In this document: one piece after another, positions 1 through 13,959 of the stretch
How the letters are laid out: every line of letters begins with the position of its first letter
How positions within the stretch are numbered: the first letter of the stretch is position 1
Assembly (NCBI RefSeq): GCF_018350175.1
Contig: NC_058368.1
Location: 145,516,001-145,580,000 of the forward strand
Direction: 5' to 3'
From: Felis catus
Lineage: Eukaryota
Length of the DNA stretch: 64,000 bases
Notes under the pieces: model-generated
Databases searched by the model: none
Seen by the model: only the letters and a program-made list of their open reading frames with translations
Told to the model about the DNA's origin: nothing
Translations under genes and position numbers: made by a program

Positions 1-1316
1 GCAGTCACATAGAGAGTGCTGAATTCAAACAGCAGAATTCAAACTCAGAATTCAACAACAGAATTCAACAGCAGAATTCAAACTCAGCCTGGACTCCCAA
101 GTCCAGAGATCTTCTCTTACACTTCACCATCTCTACTTAAACTCCATAAGTCTGAATGAAATACCTTTTGCTTTTGGGGGTGTGGTTTGAGTAGATTATT
201 TCTCTGAGTTTTATTGTAACCTGATGACCAAATACTTCTTCGGGTCTAATGATTTGACGTACTGATGAGCTTTCTTTAAGTGTTATTTTCCACTTGCCTA
301 AAGAAGGGAGCACACTCATAAGTTCTGAGGACTTGATAGCTCTGAGTGGGACAGTAGCATTAAATTCTAGTAGTAAGACCACCTTCTGCCAGCAGTTTGT
401 GCTTTCAAGGTCTTTAGGTAATTTTCTCTTACTACTTTATTTTGCCAATTTAGACACCTATTTCTCTACTAACCTTATGCCATAGTGGCCTTCATAAAAT
501 AAATTATTTGGATTGTTACGAATATAGGTGAATTGTCAAAGCTGTTTAAAGAAAGGAAGAGAGAACTCTTGTTCACTAGACATTGTCTTAATCTCTTCAT
601 ACTGATTCCTTCTCATGTCCCTCCAGCCTTAACTATTCCTTCTCCACCTGTCACAAACACTGGGTGTTAATGGCTCCCTCCTCTGGACTGTCTGAGAATT
701 GCAGTTTTCATCTTGGCAGTGACCGCTTTCTACCTAGTGTTTTAGTATCAATATACTCTCGATATACTTGTCATAGTTTCACTAGCAAAAGGTACGCTTC
801 TTACTAGGAGAAACTGTGTGCTTTCCTTTTCTCTATTCCCCATGGTACTCCGCAGTGTGATTTGAACATTACAGATATTTAGTCAATGAGAGAGTGAATG
901 AAGCATGTGTATGGTCTTTGATTTAAGAACTAGAGGGAGTATTAAGATTTCAGAGGTATTCATAGTGCACCCTTGTGAATATGGAAGTCTGTCTACCTGG
1001 TCTTTTTCCTATGCTTGTATCTATTAGTCATCTCTAAAATACATTTGGATTTTATTTATTTTTCAGAATTCCTATAGGCAATGAATGAGCAGATAATTTA
1101 ACTGCTAGATGCTTACAAAGGAGAGAAGCTTGACTGTTTAAATTTCCCTCAGGAAGAAAATAGTAATTCCTATAGCACTCTTTTGATACATAAGTCATAT
1201 GTGTACTAGCAAAGATTTTTTAAAAAAATATAATATTCTTCTAGTAGTTTTAGATAGACACCAAGCACCATTGTGTCAAATGGATTACTGACAGTCTTTA
1301 CCATGCACTTTTGCAG

Positions 1317-1414
1317 ATGGAAGACCTTTAGCTCTGAAGGACATATGGGAAAGAATCCACGAGTGCTATAAGACAAGGCTGCTGCAGGAGCCATGGGACA
1401 CTATTACCCAACAG
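1317..1414 (+). CDS. ATG10: Internal coding exon of ATG10 (E2-like autophagy conjugating enzyme), 98 bp
   Basis: Acceptor cttttgcag|ATGG and donor CAACAG|gttaga. Translates (D)GRPLALKDIWERIHECYKTRLLQEPWDTITQQ, matching my recollection of human ATG10 DGRPLTLKDIWEGVHECYKMRLLQGPWDTITQQ. I did not find the next exon (EHP...HPC catalytic Cys) in the window. Confidence 0.93.
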
Positions 1415-3001
1415 GTTAGAGAATATTTTTATTTTATTCTATGTCATTCTTTCCCTCTGCTCGTATTTTCTTCTTGTATTCTCTCCCCTACTCTTTTTGC
1501 CTATTTCATTTCCCTATATCCTTACAAATTTCAGTTCAGAAACAGTTTCCTTTAAAACACCTTCTCAGATCCAGAGTTGGTTTAGCCTTCCTGTTATAAA
1601 CTCTCAAAACATCCTATAATTTTCCGTTATAGTGCTTATCACAATTTTAAATTACATATTTGGATAGTTTTTAAAAAACATATTAACGTCTTTCTTTGTC
1701 ATTATACCGTGTGCTCCCATGTGGGCAGACCCTGTTTTCTTTCTCTTTATGGTACACCTAGCGCTGATACGGTACTTATCATATAGCGAGCGGTCAATAA
1801 AAATGTATGAAGGAAATGAGAATAGAAACTAAGTTGGCATATTCACTAAGAAGTACATGATTTAGCTTGTGTCGTCTACAGTGCTTCAGAGTTTTACTCA
1901 TAGGTACGTTTGCCAAAAAATTAACTTTTGATTAATAATAGGTTTGCAATAAGTGATCTGAAAAAAGTAGAGAAAATGCATCTGCAAAAGTAGATATAAA
2001 AAGTAGATTTGTAAAAGTAGAGAAAAATAGATCTGTCAATCATATAAGTCATTATTACTGCCTTGCTAAAATCAGCAGTTAATTATTTTAGAAGTTTAAA
2101 AATACTCATCACCTTGCAACCAATCATGGTCTCCTTAAAAATAATTTTTACTTATATCAAAAATCTTATTTTTTCCAAGCCTCTGTTAAGCTTAATCAAA
2201 GCCTCCTTTAAAAATGACCTTATCAGCCATTAAAATTTTTATGCTCTCTTATGTGTTTGATCATAATAATGACAGTTTACCTCCCAATCAGCATAAGAAT
2301 CCTTAGTATCTTGTAAGTAGTTCTTTGACAGTGACTCCAAAGGACCATTTTGTAGGTTTTAATTAGGGACAAAACTAGGTTTAAGTACACAGCCCCTGAA
2401 ATTAATCCTTTCCTTTCCCTTCCCATCATTGCACTCACACAGAGATCTAGTCCTGTGGCCTCACCTGGAACAATTTGTAAGCCCTTGAACCTCAGGTCTG
2501 CTCCTTCACTCCCTGCTCCTACCATTAGTCACATCCTCCTAACCATGGTGCACTTATCTTGCCTATGTGTAAACCTGCAGTAGCTTCCAAAAGCCTATGC
2601 CATGTGGTCTAAATGCCTGACTGGGGCTCTATGGCTGCCATCCCCTGGCTCCAACCTACCCTTTTGAGCTGATCTTCTACTCCTACTCCACTCTATATAG
2701 CCTCAGCTCCTTCTGAACAAGGCTTTCCATTTTCCAGAAGCTATTCTGTGCACTTTGTTCTTAGAATTCTTTCCAGACTTAAAGACTTCCCTATTGCCTT
2801 TGTTCTATCTTTGTATTTCCTTTTTGTTCTCTCATGTTTCTTTCTTGAAACCACTTCAGCTCACAAAAGTGACCCCCTCTGAAATTCCAGTAGTGTAGAC
2901 CAGGCATGGGTGGTTGCTATGAAGAAGGATAAAGAGTTATATAAGCAAATCCAATCATAAAGATTTTTGGCAAGAGTGTTTTATTTTATGCAAAGCATTT
3001 T

Positions 3002-3226
3002 ATTTACTTAGTTTTTCTTTTACCATTTATTTATTGTTGAGAGATAGAGACAGACAGAGCATGAGCAGGGGAGGGGCAGAGAAAGAGGGGGATACAGAAT
3101 CCAAAGCAGGCTCCAGGCTCTGAGCTGTCAACACAGAGCCTGATGCCAGGCTCGAACCCACGAACTGTGAGATCATGTCCTGAGCTGAAGTCAGAATGCT
3201 TAACCGACTGAACCACCCAGGTGCCC
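3002..3226 (-). mobile_element. CanSINE (SINEC_Fc-like) inserted into the tail of the adjacent SINE
   Basis: Reverse complement of the GGGCACCTGGGTGGTTCAGTCGGTTAAG head, CT-rich linker and A tail. Confidence 0.9.
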
Positions 3227-3302
3227 TGATTTTTTTTATTTTTTAAAGGTTATTTTGAGGGAGAGAGAGTGTGTGGACAAGTGGGGGAGGAGCAGAGAGA
3301 GG

Positions 3303-3366
<64 letters not shown>

Positions 3367-3495
3367 ATCCCCTAAGCAGGCTCCACACTGCCAGCCTGGA
3401 GCCAGACGTGGGGCTTGATCTCACGAACCATGAGATCATGACCTGAGCCAAAACCAAGAGTCAGACACTTAACTGACTGAGCCACAAAATGCCCC
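3227..3495 (-). mobile_element. Older CanSINE with expanded (GA)n
   Basis: tRNA-derived head at 3495 and (GA)n at about 3308-3365. TSD tatgcaaagcatttt at 2987-3001 and 3496-3510 brackets both SINEs. Confidence 0.88.
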
Positions 3496-5439
3496 TATGC
3501 AAAGCATTTTAGATTAACCTTTAAGTATTGAGTGCTACGAGTTTCAATTCCATTGTTCTGCTAGTGACCACAGACTGTCTCCAAATGTATACTGTAGTGT
3601 CAGAATCCACAGGACCCAGAAAATGTTTGGTTACAAGAGTCCAGGAAGATGGCAAAAAGTAGAGGCAAAAGATAGATAACAAAGATCCCGAAACACACAT
3701 GTATTTCACTTTAGTGCCTTTTTTGTCTGTTCCTTTTAATTTCCATTTTGCGTTTTGTTCCTGAGCCCAATTCTTATCCTTTTCCTTTTTCTGCCACTAG
3801 CAGCCCTGTTATTAATCTCAGTGCAAGACCACAGCACAATTCCTGGTGATCTGTGTCATTTTGGGTTTTAATTCTATGTGTCTCTGTTCTGACTTGTGAC
3901 CTATGAACAAGACTTTGGACTCAACTGTATTTTCTTAGTTTCCTAATACCATGTTACCAACAGATTTCTTTCTATTGATAGAATCCTAAGTTGCTAAACC
4001 AGCCAAATGAACCAATCTGTACATGGATTGTTTTTAAAGAAATTGACTAATATCTTTTCATTTGTGGATACTTAAGTGGCAGATAGACAGCTTATTAACA
4101 GACCATCTTTTTCCTACCTGTCATAGTATAGTAGTAATGATGAAATCACAATAAGCGCTGATTGTTAACACCCAAGCGTGGGGCTCACTTAATGGGAGGG
4201 ATGGTTGGTATCACCAAAGTACGGCACAACTGTAATATTTATTTGTTCCTTTGGAACTTGTCTTATGGGGATGGATCTGTGGACAGGTATCCCACTTTTG
4301 GCAACAAACTTTGTTTAAGCTTTAGAATTGCTTGTCACAGTGCATGTCCAGTGTTTAAAGACCTTGCCAGGGAAACTCTCTTGTTGCCTTTGCATTCCTG
4401 ACATGTGAAAGTCATCATGAATATCTCCTTTGGAGGTCTTGGCTTTTAATCCTAGATTCGTTAATGAGTTGGTATTTGCATGCTCTTTTTTGCTTGAGAT
4501 CTTTGAGAGAGTGGGTCTTCATTTTTGTAAAGCCCATCTGGAGAAAAAGTAGGTGTCCTCAGTGGGGTAATGGGGATGGTATGATGCAGCACTAGGGGAG
4601 AATGAGCTGATAGAATATTGGCGACACTGAAAAGTAGATAGCGTTTTGCAGAATTATACTAAAGAGCCATTAGCTTGCAGACTGAACGTGATAATAATAT
4701 CCTGTCCTCCAGAGTGGCTTAAAGACAAAAGCAGCCCTCACATAATATAAAATGCATTTCACTTCATTTTAAGGCTTGATTGTGCTCATATAGTTTGTTG
4801 CTCTTCATCTTTAGTAATCACACTTCTGTTCTGTCAGCATTTGTCTTGATGATAAGGACTGTTCATGTCAGACATGAATGCTCTCTTTTGACGACAAGCC
4901 ACTAATGAATCTCATACATTTGATTATGGTGATTACTTACCTGCTTTTGTCCAATATTACGAATTACCTATTATCTCAACCCTGTAGCCTAATAAAGAAC
5001 TTCTGAAAGTAAGTTAACAGATGCCTAGGTTGGATCTGCCCAAATTGGTACAATGAATGTTACAATAATGATCACTCATAGGTGTGGGCTGTTTTAGGTA
5101 AAGAACTCCTGTGATCTTGGCACAGACTAAAAGTCATAATATAAGAAAGTATACCTTCAATTTTACTTGAAGATGTGTGTGTTTATGTATGTGTGTGTGT
5201 AAGTGGTCAGATAAGTAATTGTTTTGTACTAGTTTCTTGTTTGTCAACTTTATATTATGGAAAATTATAAACATATACAAAAGTAGAGGTAATGGTATAA
5301 TACATTTAAAAACTAATGGTCAATCTTATTTATTTTAGTGTCTTACCCAATCTGGAATTTTTTAAAGCAAATCCTAGATATGATATCTCATCCATAAAAA
5401 TTTAAGTATGTATCTGTAAAATATAAGGGCTTTGAACCA

Positions 5440-6185
5440 GTGTTTATAGAAGCTATATCCATAATAGCCCAAATGGAAACAACTCTGATGTCCTTCAGAG
5501 CATGGAGATTAAACAAAGTGGTACATCCTTACTAGGGAATACTACTAGGTAATACAAAGGAACCAACTACTGATATGCTGACCAACCTGGATGAGTGTCC
5601 AGAGAATTATTCTCAGTACAAAAAGCCAACCTCAAAAGGTCGCATAGTATATGATTCCATTTAATCTAACATTTTTTAAGTGACAAAATTATAGATTAGA
5701 GAATGAATCTGTGGTTGTTGGGTGTTAGAGAAGAAGGTGTTCCTGGGAAGGAAGAGGGTATGGCTATAAAAGGCAACACGAGGGAGCCTTGTATCAATGG
5801 AAATATCCTGTAACTGAGTGCATCAATGTTAGTATCTTGGTTGTGATATTGTACTATAGTTTTGTAAGATGTTACCACTGGGGAACTGGGTGAAGGGTAT
5901 GAATGATCTTTTTTTTTAAATGTTTATTTATTTTTGAGAGAGAGAGGGAGAACAAGTTAGGGAGGTGCAGAGAGAGAGGAAGACAGAATCTGAAGCAGGC
6001 TCCAGACTCTGAACTGTCACTGCAGAGCCCAACGTGGGGCTTGAACCCATGAACTGTGAGATCATGACCTCAGCTGAAGTCAGACACTTAACCAACTGAG
6101 CCGCCCAGGTGCCCCATGAATGATCTTTTTGTATCATTTCTTATGACTACATGTGATTCTACAGTTATCTCAAAATAAAAAGTTT
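5440..6185 (+). mobile_element. Old L1M 3' end fragment, interrupted by a SINE
   Basis: L1 3'UTR-like text (tgtttatagaagc...aatggaaacaactctgatgtccttc...atgattccattt...gatgttaccactggggaactgggtgaaggg...aaaataaaaagttt). Confidence 0.7.
5914..6115 (-). mobile_element. CanSINE
   Basis: SINE consensus match; TSD atgaatgatcttttt at 5899-5913 and 6116-6130. Confidence 0.92.
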
Positions 6186-9100
6186 AAAAAAAGATAAGAA
6201 CTCTTAAAAATAACATAACCACATTTCTATTATCACAAATAAATTAATAATTTCTTAATATTAAGTAAGCAATTGATGCTTAAATTTTCATAATTGTTTT
6301 TTTATGGTTTCTTTGAATCGGGATTCAAATAAAGCTTATACATTAAAATGGTTAACAACCCTTAAGACTTTTGAAACTAAGATTCTCATTCCCCTCTCTC
6401 TCTTTTTTTCCTCACAAATTTTTGTTGGAGAAACAAGGTTTTTGGTCCTGTAGTATTTGTAGTCTGTTGTTTTGTTGTTATTGTTTTGTTTTGTTTTGTT
6501 TTGTTTCTGATTGTATCTCTGTGATGTTGTTTGGTGTGTTCCTTCCTGCGTTTTCCTTAAACTTGTAGTTAGACCTGGAGGCTTGATCAGATTCAGGTTT
6601 GTTTTTGGGGGCATGAATACTTCATAGATGATTCTGGATACTTCTATCAAGAGGCACATAATGTTTGGTTATCTTTCTTTTTTGTGTTGTTAGAAGCCAT
6701 TCATGATTATTGCCTAGATCCATTAACTCATGAGGGGTTGCAAAATAGTGATGTTCTAATTCTATCATCCATTATTTATGAGCTGGACTGCTTTATAACA
6801 GCAGTTTCCTTCACCAGCTTAGTTACTTGAGGTATGTTTCGTATAGAAAATGCAGGGTAAATGTTCTAGCATTTAAGATAATGAGCTGGTTCTCTAGCAT
6901 CCTAAGGTGACCAAGAAATTTTTCTTACGTATCTTTGTGGACTTGTGGATGTAAATGTTTTCTGCATTTCAATTCATTATAGTAATTATCTTTATGGTTG
7001 CTTGATTTGCCTCATGTTTGGCCACTGAAAGTCTCTTTAAGTTGGCCCCTGAGTTATTTTGATATAACCCAAGTAGCTTTTTGGTTTGAAAAGTTGTTGC
7101 TGGTTGCCCATTCATGTCGTGCAGTTCATGCCCAGACTTACCCCCCATCTGCAAAGGAGGCTTGCTTTCTTTCAGAGCCTTTATCAAGGTGCTGGAGCCA
7201 GACAGGGTGAATACCACCACTTACTAGCTGTATGAATTTGGGCAAATTACAGAAACTCTCTGTGTCTAATTTTTCCATTAAAGATAATGACAGCATCTAC
7301 CAAGAGTTGTTGGGAAGACTAAGAAAGAGGGTTGCATACAAAACTCATCCTGTGCCATATCTCCTTGCACATATTTTCTAACATCTGAACTGTGTACTTT
7401 AAGTTTGGAAACCAAAACTTTTGAGGTACTTTGTTTTTTGATCCCACATGTCTGGGGAAGGCTGAGTACAAACAAATGAATGGGATTGGGTAGATAAAGT
7501 TGGAAAGAAACTCGTTATGTTTCCTTGTGTGATCCCTTATAAGTATATGAGAACTGGATTAAATATTGGCAGGAAATAGAGTTAAGAGGAACCTGTGCAA
7601 TGCACATTTTACATATCCCAAATACCATTAATTTCATTTTGAAGACTTCATCATGTCTAAAACATGCAAAAATATGGTAATTAATTTCAGTGAGTTTTCA
7701 TCGTATTTCCATGATAATCTCTCAGGGTAAAAAAAAAAAAAAAAAAAGAAAACACAACAAAAAACAAAACTCCTTAGACACCTTTTGGTGAAGAGATTGC
7801 TTTTGACTCTCGGTGATGCAGGAAGTCACCGGTTAAGGAGTCTTAAATAATGAAGCTTGATGTGTTGCCTCGTGATTTATAATGATGGCTGATAAACTGA
7901 TGATTTAATTGTGCTTCCTCTAGTAATAATCTTAAGTGCTCAAGTGAAGTTCCAGTGATTGGCTTTCTTCTGAACTCAGTCTCCCTGGAGTCTTTAGGCA
8001 TCTCTTTTACACAACATCCGATAACTGACTTTTAACTGTTCCTATTTTAAATAATACAAATCAATTAAAACACACAGCTGTTTAACAAAACTTCTCGATG
8101 TTGGTACAGGTCTCTGTGGGTATTTCCTGATGGCTCATAATGACATCAATTTAGTGCACCTGGTAGGATCTGTGTGCACTGGAAGTGGCTTAATTCTTAA
8201 ATGACAAGAAAATTAAGAAGCCTTTTATGGATTGTTGCTGCTGCTTCAAAATCACTGCCAGCACCATTGCAGACTCTTTCATGGTGCAGTTTTATTTAAA
8301 TGGCACTGCAGACACCATGTGATTGTTTTCTCTGTAATTTGCTGCTAATTTGTTGATTCTGGGTTTCTAGGTATTCATTCTGGACATTCATAAGTAACTC
8401 TGGTGGGTAGGTTTTATAGTGCCATGGTAAATGCATCTAGCTTGCAGACTTTTTGTAGAAACTTTCCAGTGTTTTCACAGTACTCAATGATTCTACCACA
8501 CTGTACTATCTTACGAGAGTAGAATATGCTTTCATCACTGTATCTCATTTTCTTTGGTATCTTAAGATAATGATGACAGTGCTATTTTTCTCTGTCTCTA
8601 TTAGTAATTATTTCTAGATTGTCAGTCTGCACATGCATTGTGACTTTTAATATTTATTGAATGCTGATGCTGTACTTCACTTTCCATATTCATTTTTTTA
8701 ATCAATTCAGAAATATCCATTGTCACTTACACTCCACTGTGCTTTTCTTCTTGTGGGGTAAAAAACACATTTTCATAAGTTTTGCTTGTTCCTTAGATTA
8801 AGAAGTATATGAAACCTTGTTCTCTTTATCTTTTACTAAATAATTAATTTCTCTCACAATTTTCTTTGATTTTACACCCTGAAATGTTTTTAGAAAGCCT
8901 TAACTTTATCCTAGATGCTATTTAGTCACTGGTATGATATTATTTTCTCATCCAACTTTCACTTTTTAAAGTTTTCTGGCCATTAGCCACTAATTAAGTG
9001 TTCAGAATAGTCTAAGTAGAATTGGGGGAGGTGTGATTTATTATGTAAGACCCTTGTCTTACTAAATTAATTTCTAAGATGTTTTGTTTTATTCCATTTA

Positions 9101-9766
9101 AATGAGAGTTCACATAAATAAGCAAGGAAAGCTTTTTTTTAATGTAAACAACCAGCTTATATTGGTATATTTGGGTTTTATTTCTTTAAATTGAAATTTA
9201 TTTCGCTAGGCAATGAAAACAAGAGACTGGTTAACGTATTTTGTCATATGTATATCTGATTAAGCAGAATATTGCTTGGCTTTTTACCATCACAGTTGCA
9301 CTTTTGACTCAGCACATGCCTTGACTTTATATAAGACTTTGTTTAAGGAATTTGCCAGCATTTCACTGATCCTTGAAATTTCTCTTTCTAAAAAAGGAGC
9401 GGCTCATAAATGTAAAAACAAAATGCCATTTAAAATATTTATAATTAATTTTAATACTAATCTTAGCACATTTCATTTTGATAATTACCATCAATTTTTA
9501 ATTTTTAATAAACATCTTAGTTCTAAAACTTTATGTTTGAGGAACATTTATATTCTCATTTCCGGTTTTTGAGAAAGAGGTTAATGGTGGGTAGGCAGGA
9601 AGAAGCAGCTAGAGGTAGGTAGAGAAGGCTGGGGGAGCATAAAGGCAGGCACAAGACCTGGAGGGGGGATGGAAGGTGGACTGTGCAGACACACATATTC
9701 ACAGGTAGGTTTTGAGTCCCCTGTAAGGGTATAAGCTTCCTAAGAAAGATGCTATTTGTTTCATCT

Positions 9767-9975
9767 TTAAAAAAATTTTTTTTTACATTTATTTATTTTT
9801 GAGAGACAGAGCACAAGTGGGGAGGGGCAGAAAGAGAAGGAGACAGAATCCGAAGCAGGCTCCAGGCTCTGAGCTGTCAGCAGAGAGCCCGACGCGAGGC
9901 TTGAACTCACAAACCGTGAGATCATGACTTGAGCCGAAGTTGGACACTCAACCAACTGAGCCACTCAGGCGCCCC
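9767..9975 (-). mobile_element. CanSINE
   Basis: Consensus match; imperfect TSD tgtttcatctt / tgttttatctt. Confidence 0.9.
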
Positions 9976-11198
9976 ATGTTTTATCTTATTTTTGACACCA
10001 TGGTGCCTGCACACACATATTCTACCATGTAATTATTGCACATTTTTTATTCCACTTGCTACCCTTTACAGATTCTTTTTTCACCTGTTGTTTTCCTGAT
10101 TCTTTTCCATGTGAGCTGTTACATTCTCCATATTTTATTTGCAGTGTATATTTTATACTTTAAAATTTGGCCAATAAATAGGGATAATACCAAAGTATAT
10201 AAAGCAGGTGTACAAATCATTACAATTATTATATAATATTATCTTTTCAGTATATTAATTCATTTCTACTTCCTTCTATCCAATCTGAATTTCAGAAGTA
10301 TTTCAAGTGGTATATACACATATAGTCTAATATAATAATGCATATACTATAGCCATCAAAGCAAGTGAATAAGAACTCAGTGATGGAGGGGGAAAGACGC
10401 TTGGGACAGAAACATCTAAGCTAAGGGTCATTTCTGAGTTTTCTAGAACAACAAGTAACAAAAAGGGAAAGCCAATTAAATCCGTTGCTTTTATTCTGTT
10501 ATGAAAGGATGCAGACAAGTTTATCAGGAGAAACAAAATTCTCTTATGTTAAATTTTAGTAAGATAATTTTACAAATATGAAAAACTAGTCTCCTTTATA
10601 GATACCACATAAACCAACTTCAGGAGATGGGGAGAGAATGAAGTCAAGTTGAGGTATTCTGAGAGTTACAGTAATCTATATTGCACATTTGGATATATAT
10701 GGCAAAGGCCCTTATTAGCAGCTTACTGTTCAGAGTCAGCCTGCAGATGTTTTTTGAGTGCTTTGAAATTTTTTTGAATTTGAATGCCTTTGGACTGGAT
10801 ATGTGCTCTGTAGTTAACCATGGTCACTTCCCCTCCCTATTGCTTCATACCTTGTCTACGCTTATTTACTTTGCCTACCTGTTTTCTAAAGGCATTTGTG
10901 TTTGCCTATTCCTACATTGATACAAGATGCAAAGAAAGATCTTAGAGATTCTGTATGATTCTGAATTTGTGAATCATGGTATGTATTTTGGACTGTCCTG
11001 AGATAAAAGTGCTATCACCTGGGCTTGCATTTTTAATAATTGCTGTTTTTGTCTGATTAACAAAAGTGATACATACTGATAATGTTTAACAAAATACAAA
11101 ATAGCAAGAAGAAATGAAAAATTACTCATAATCTCAAACATTCAGGGTTACCATTGTTAACCTTTCAGTGCATAGCTTTCTAATATATATATATATAT

Positions 11199-11420
11199 GG
11201 GGGCACCTGGGTGTTCAGTTGGTTAAGTGACTGACTTCACCTCAGGTCATGATCTCGCAGTTCTTGACTTTGAGCCCTGCGTCAGGCTCTGTGCTGACAG
11301 CTCAGAGCCTGGAGCCTGCTTCGGATTCTGTGTCTCCATCTCTCTCTGCCCCTCTCTCCCTCTGCTGCTTGCGCTCTGTTTCTCTCTCTCTCAAAAATAA
11401 ATAATCATTAAAAAAATTTT
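11199..11420 (+). mobile_element. CanSINE in an (AT)n tract
   Basis: ggggcacctgggtg...tcaggtcatgatctc...cagagcctggagcctgcttcggattctg...aaaataaata. Confidence 0.9.
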
Positions 11421-11575
11421 AAATATATACATATGTAATATATATATTCACATATATGTATATATTATATATAAATATACACAAATACAAATGAGATTAT
11501 ACTATGCACCTGGTGTTTGAAATTTATATCACAGACATCTTTTTATGTCAATACTTAAATACATCTAAGTTTTCC

Positions 11576-11774
11576 CTTTTTTAAAGTTGATTTTGTTTGT
11601 TTTGAGATAGAGCATGCATGTGTGAGCAGGGGAGGGGAAGATAGAATCCCAAGCAGGCTCTGCCCTGTCAGCACAGAGCCCGAAATGGTGCTCAATCTCA
11701 CAAACTGTGAGATCATGACTGGAGCCAATATCAAGAGTCAGACTCATAACCAACTGAGCAACCCAGGTACCCCT
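11576..11774 (-). mobile_element. CanSINE (older subfamily)
   Basis: Consensus match; flanks ctaagttttccc / ctaaattttcc. Confidence 0.85.
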
Positions 11775-12918
11775 AAATTTTCCTTTTAATAACTATGTAG
11801 AATTCCATTCTAAGGCCAATGCCATAATCATTTTAACCTATTTTATATTTTGAACTGAGTTATTTTCCAATTGTTTGTCTTATAAACAATTCCTAAGTGA
11901 ACATCCTTGTATTTATAATCTGTGTGGTTGTCAGATTATTTCTTTGGAATAAATCCTTAGAAGTCAAATTGGTGAGTCAGTAAGTATTCACATTTAAAGA
12001 TTTTGTTAAATGTTCCCATGTGTACTAATTCTTACTACCCGTAGTATATTAGAGAACTAATTGTCCTAAGTACTCACTGACACTGGTCACAATTGTTGTT
12101 CTTAAAGTGGTACAATCTGATGTCAACCAGGCTCTGACAGGAGTCTTGTACTTGAACCCTGAGTTACTGATGAATAGCTGAAATGTGAATTTTTCTTGCA
12201 ATTCACTGGCACATACATTTTAGACACTAGGTAAGTTGACATAAGGTCGTAACTAAAGGGTCTGACTTCAATTCTTGCCAACACTGAGCACTGTTTCTGC
12301 TGTCCAGAGGCAGCTCACAGGAGTACCTGCCAGCAAGGCTGAGGCTTCTATTTTTATGTAAGCCTTATTAGATTTGCACAAATGATTGAACAGAATTCAT
12401 GGAAACTTGTAAGTCTTGCTCCTTTAAGTATGGAAGGTAGGATCTTAGAGAGCAAGATTTTTGCCAGCAAGAATTATCAGTTACCCACTGTACCCATTTA
12501 ACAAGATTGTATCTAATTGAGTAAAACTATATCTGAAGGGGCCTGCCAAGTGATGTAACTATCAATACACTGCCCTGCAAACAATTAAAAGTTAGCATTT
12601 TGAATACTTTGAAAGTAGTATCCATTTAGGTTCGAAAGAACATCTTCCAAACTGAAAAATTTGATTTTGGCACAGTTGTGCTTAAACTGTTCCTCCTGGC
12701 AATAATTAGCTGCTAGATTAATGTATTCTTTAAATAGAACAAGGTCATCACCACATAGACGGGTGCTTGTCTCTCTGTTTCCTGACACAGGAAATCAAGT
12801 ATTCAATTCTTCTAAAAGCCATATGAAAGTGGAAATAAATTTATGTGTGGGGCATGAATGGAACTCTATTATACAACCTTTTAAGATTAGAATTTATCTT
12901 GCCTAAAGATTATTCTAG

Positions 12919-13160
12919 TAATAATAGCTAACATTTATGGAGAGTTTCTCAAGTACCAGGCATTCTTTGAATACACATATTATTTCACTTAATCTTCTGA
13001 ACTCTCCTAACAGGTTGAATCTATTCTCCAAACTTTAGAGAAGGAAAAACTGAGGCACAAAGTCATAAGATAACCTGCTAAAGGTCAAACATCTACTGAA
13101 TGACAGAATCAGAATTTGAGCTTATGACCTAGAGAGCTCATGTGTTAATCACTATTTTGT
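12919..13160 (-). mobile_element. MIR SINE
   Basis: aataatagctaacattta...aaaactgaggcaca...aaggtcaaaca...agaatttgag, the reverse-strand MIR core. Confidence 0.7.
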
Positions 13161-13352
13161 TTCTCCCACAATGCTAATCTTGTTCTCAAGATGTTATCAT
13201 ATTGAAGATATGTTAAAGTAGATCTGAAGCCTTTCTGGGTCATGGGCCTCTGTGAGAATCTGATGAAAACTCTGGAGGCTTTTCCTAGACATATAGTATT
13301 GTGCAACCCTAATCAGCAAACCCCTCAACAAGACATCCAAATCCTTGGAACT

Positions 13353-13910
13353 TGTAGTGGCCATGTGGATTAGAACTCAACATTCACCCTATCCTGCTTC
13401 TCTTCTCCCCTCCCTGTACTGCAGACATTGGAAAGCTGAAACATGATTCTCCATCTCCTTTTGGGAGAGGTGTCTGAATTTGATTTAGGTTCATCATATT
13501 AGATGCATTTGTGCAGGATTTGGAAGGTAGAGGTGTTGGAGGCTGCACTTTGTTGGAAACACTGCAGGTTGCAGAGGTTTTCTGTATGGCTCCAGCATTG
13601 GTCACTAACTTTGAGTGTGTCAAGAGGGAGAGGATGGCCAATCATTTTGCTGATGTGAATTGCAACAGGTGTGGTGTGGCCCTGGCAATGGCCACAGTAG
13701 AGGCAAGTTTCTGATCATGGGAGTGGAGGTGTGATTCTAGAATGACGGATTCCTGATCTGAAAAGAAGCAGTAGGTCCCGTGGTGTCCAATTCTCCAGTA
13801 TGGATTTGGAAATTATTCTTGGAAAGTCATTTAGAATTTGTTTTTTCAACCCTCCCAATGAGGGTTTCAGCTAGTCAGATGTTTGTTGCAACTGAACCTT
13901 GATTGCTACA
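13353..13910 (+). mobile_element. ERVL-class solo LTR (LTR33-like)
   Basis: tgtagtggcc start; ggaaagctgaaa...tgatttaggttc...agatgcattt...gatttggaagg; end gcaactgaaccttgattgctaca. Confidence 0.55.
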
Positions 13911-13959
13911 GTAATGTATAGCTGGACCTGAGGATAGTTTTTTTCAACAGGTTGGAAGT

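Noticed and set aside
2280..2348. Minus-strand WSFGVTVKELLTR resembling tyrosine kinase subdomain IX
   Set aside because: Isolated 13 residues followed by a stop, invariant Trp replaced, no splice acceptor and no other kinase motifs in the window; likely chance.
3031..3457. ORFs such as MAQLV.../MVLAQVMIS... here and at other SINEs
   Set aside because: Translations of CanSINE consensus and (GA)n/(CT)n tracts, not genes.
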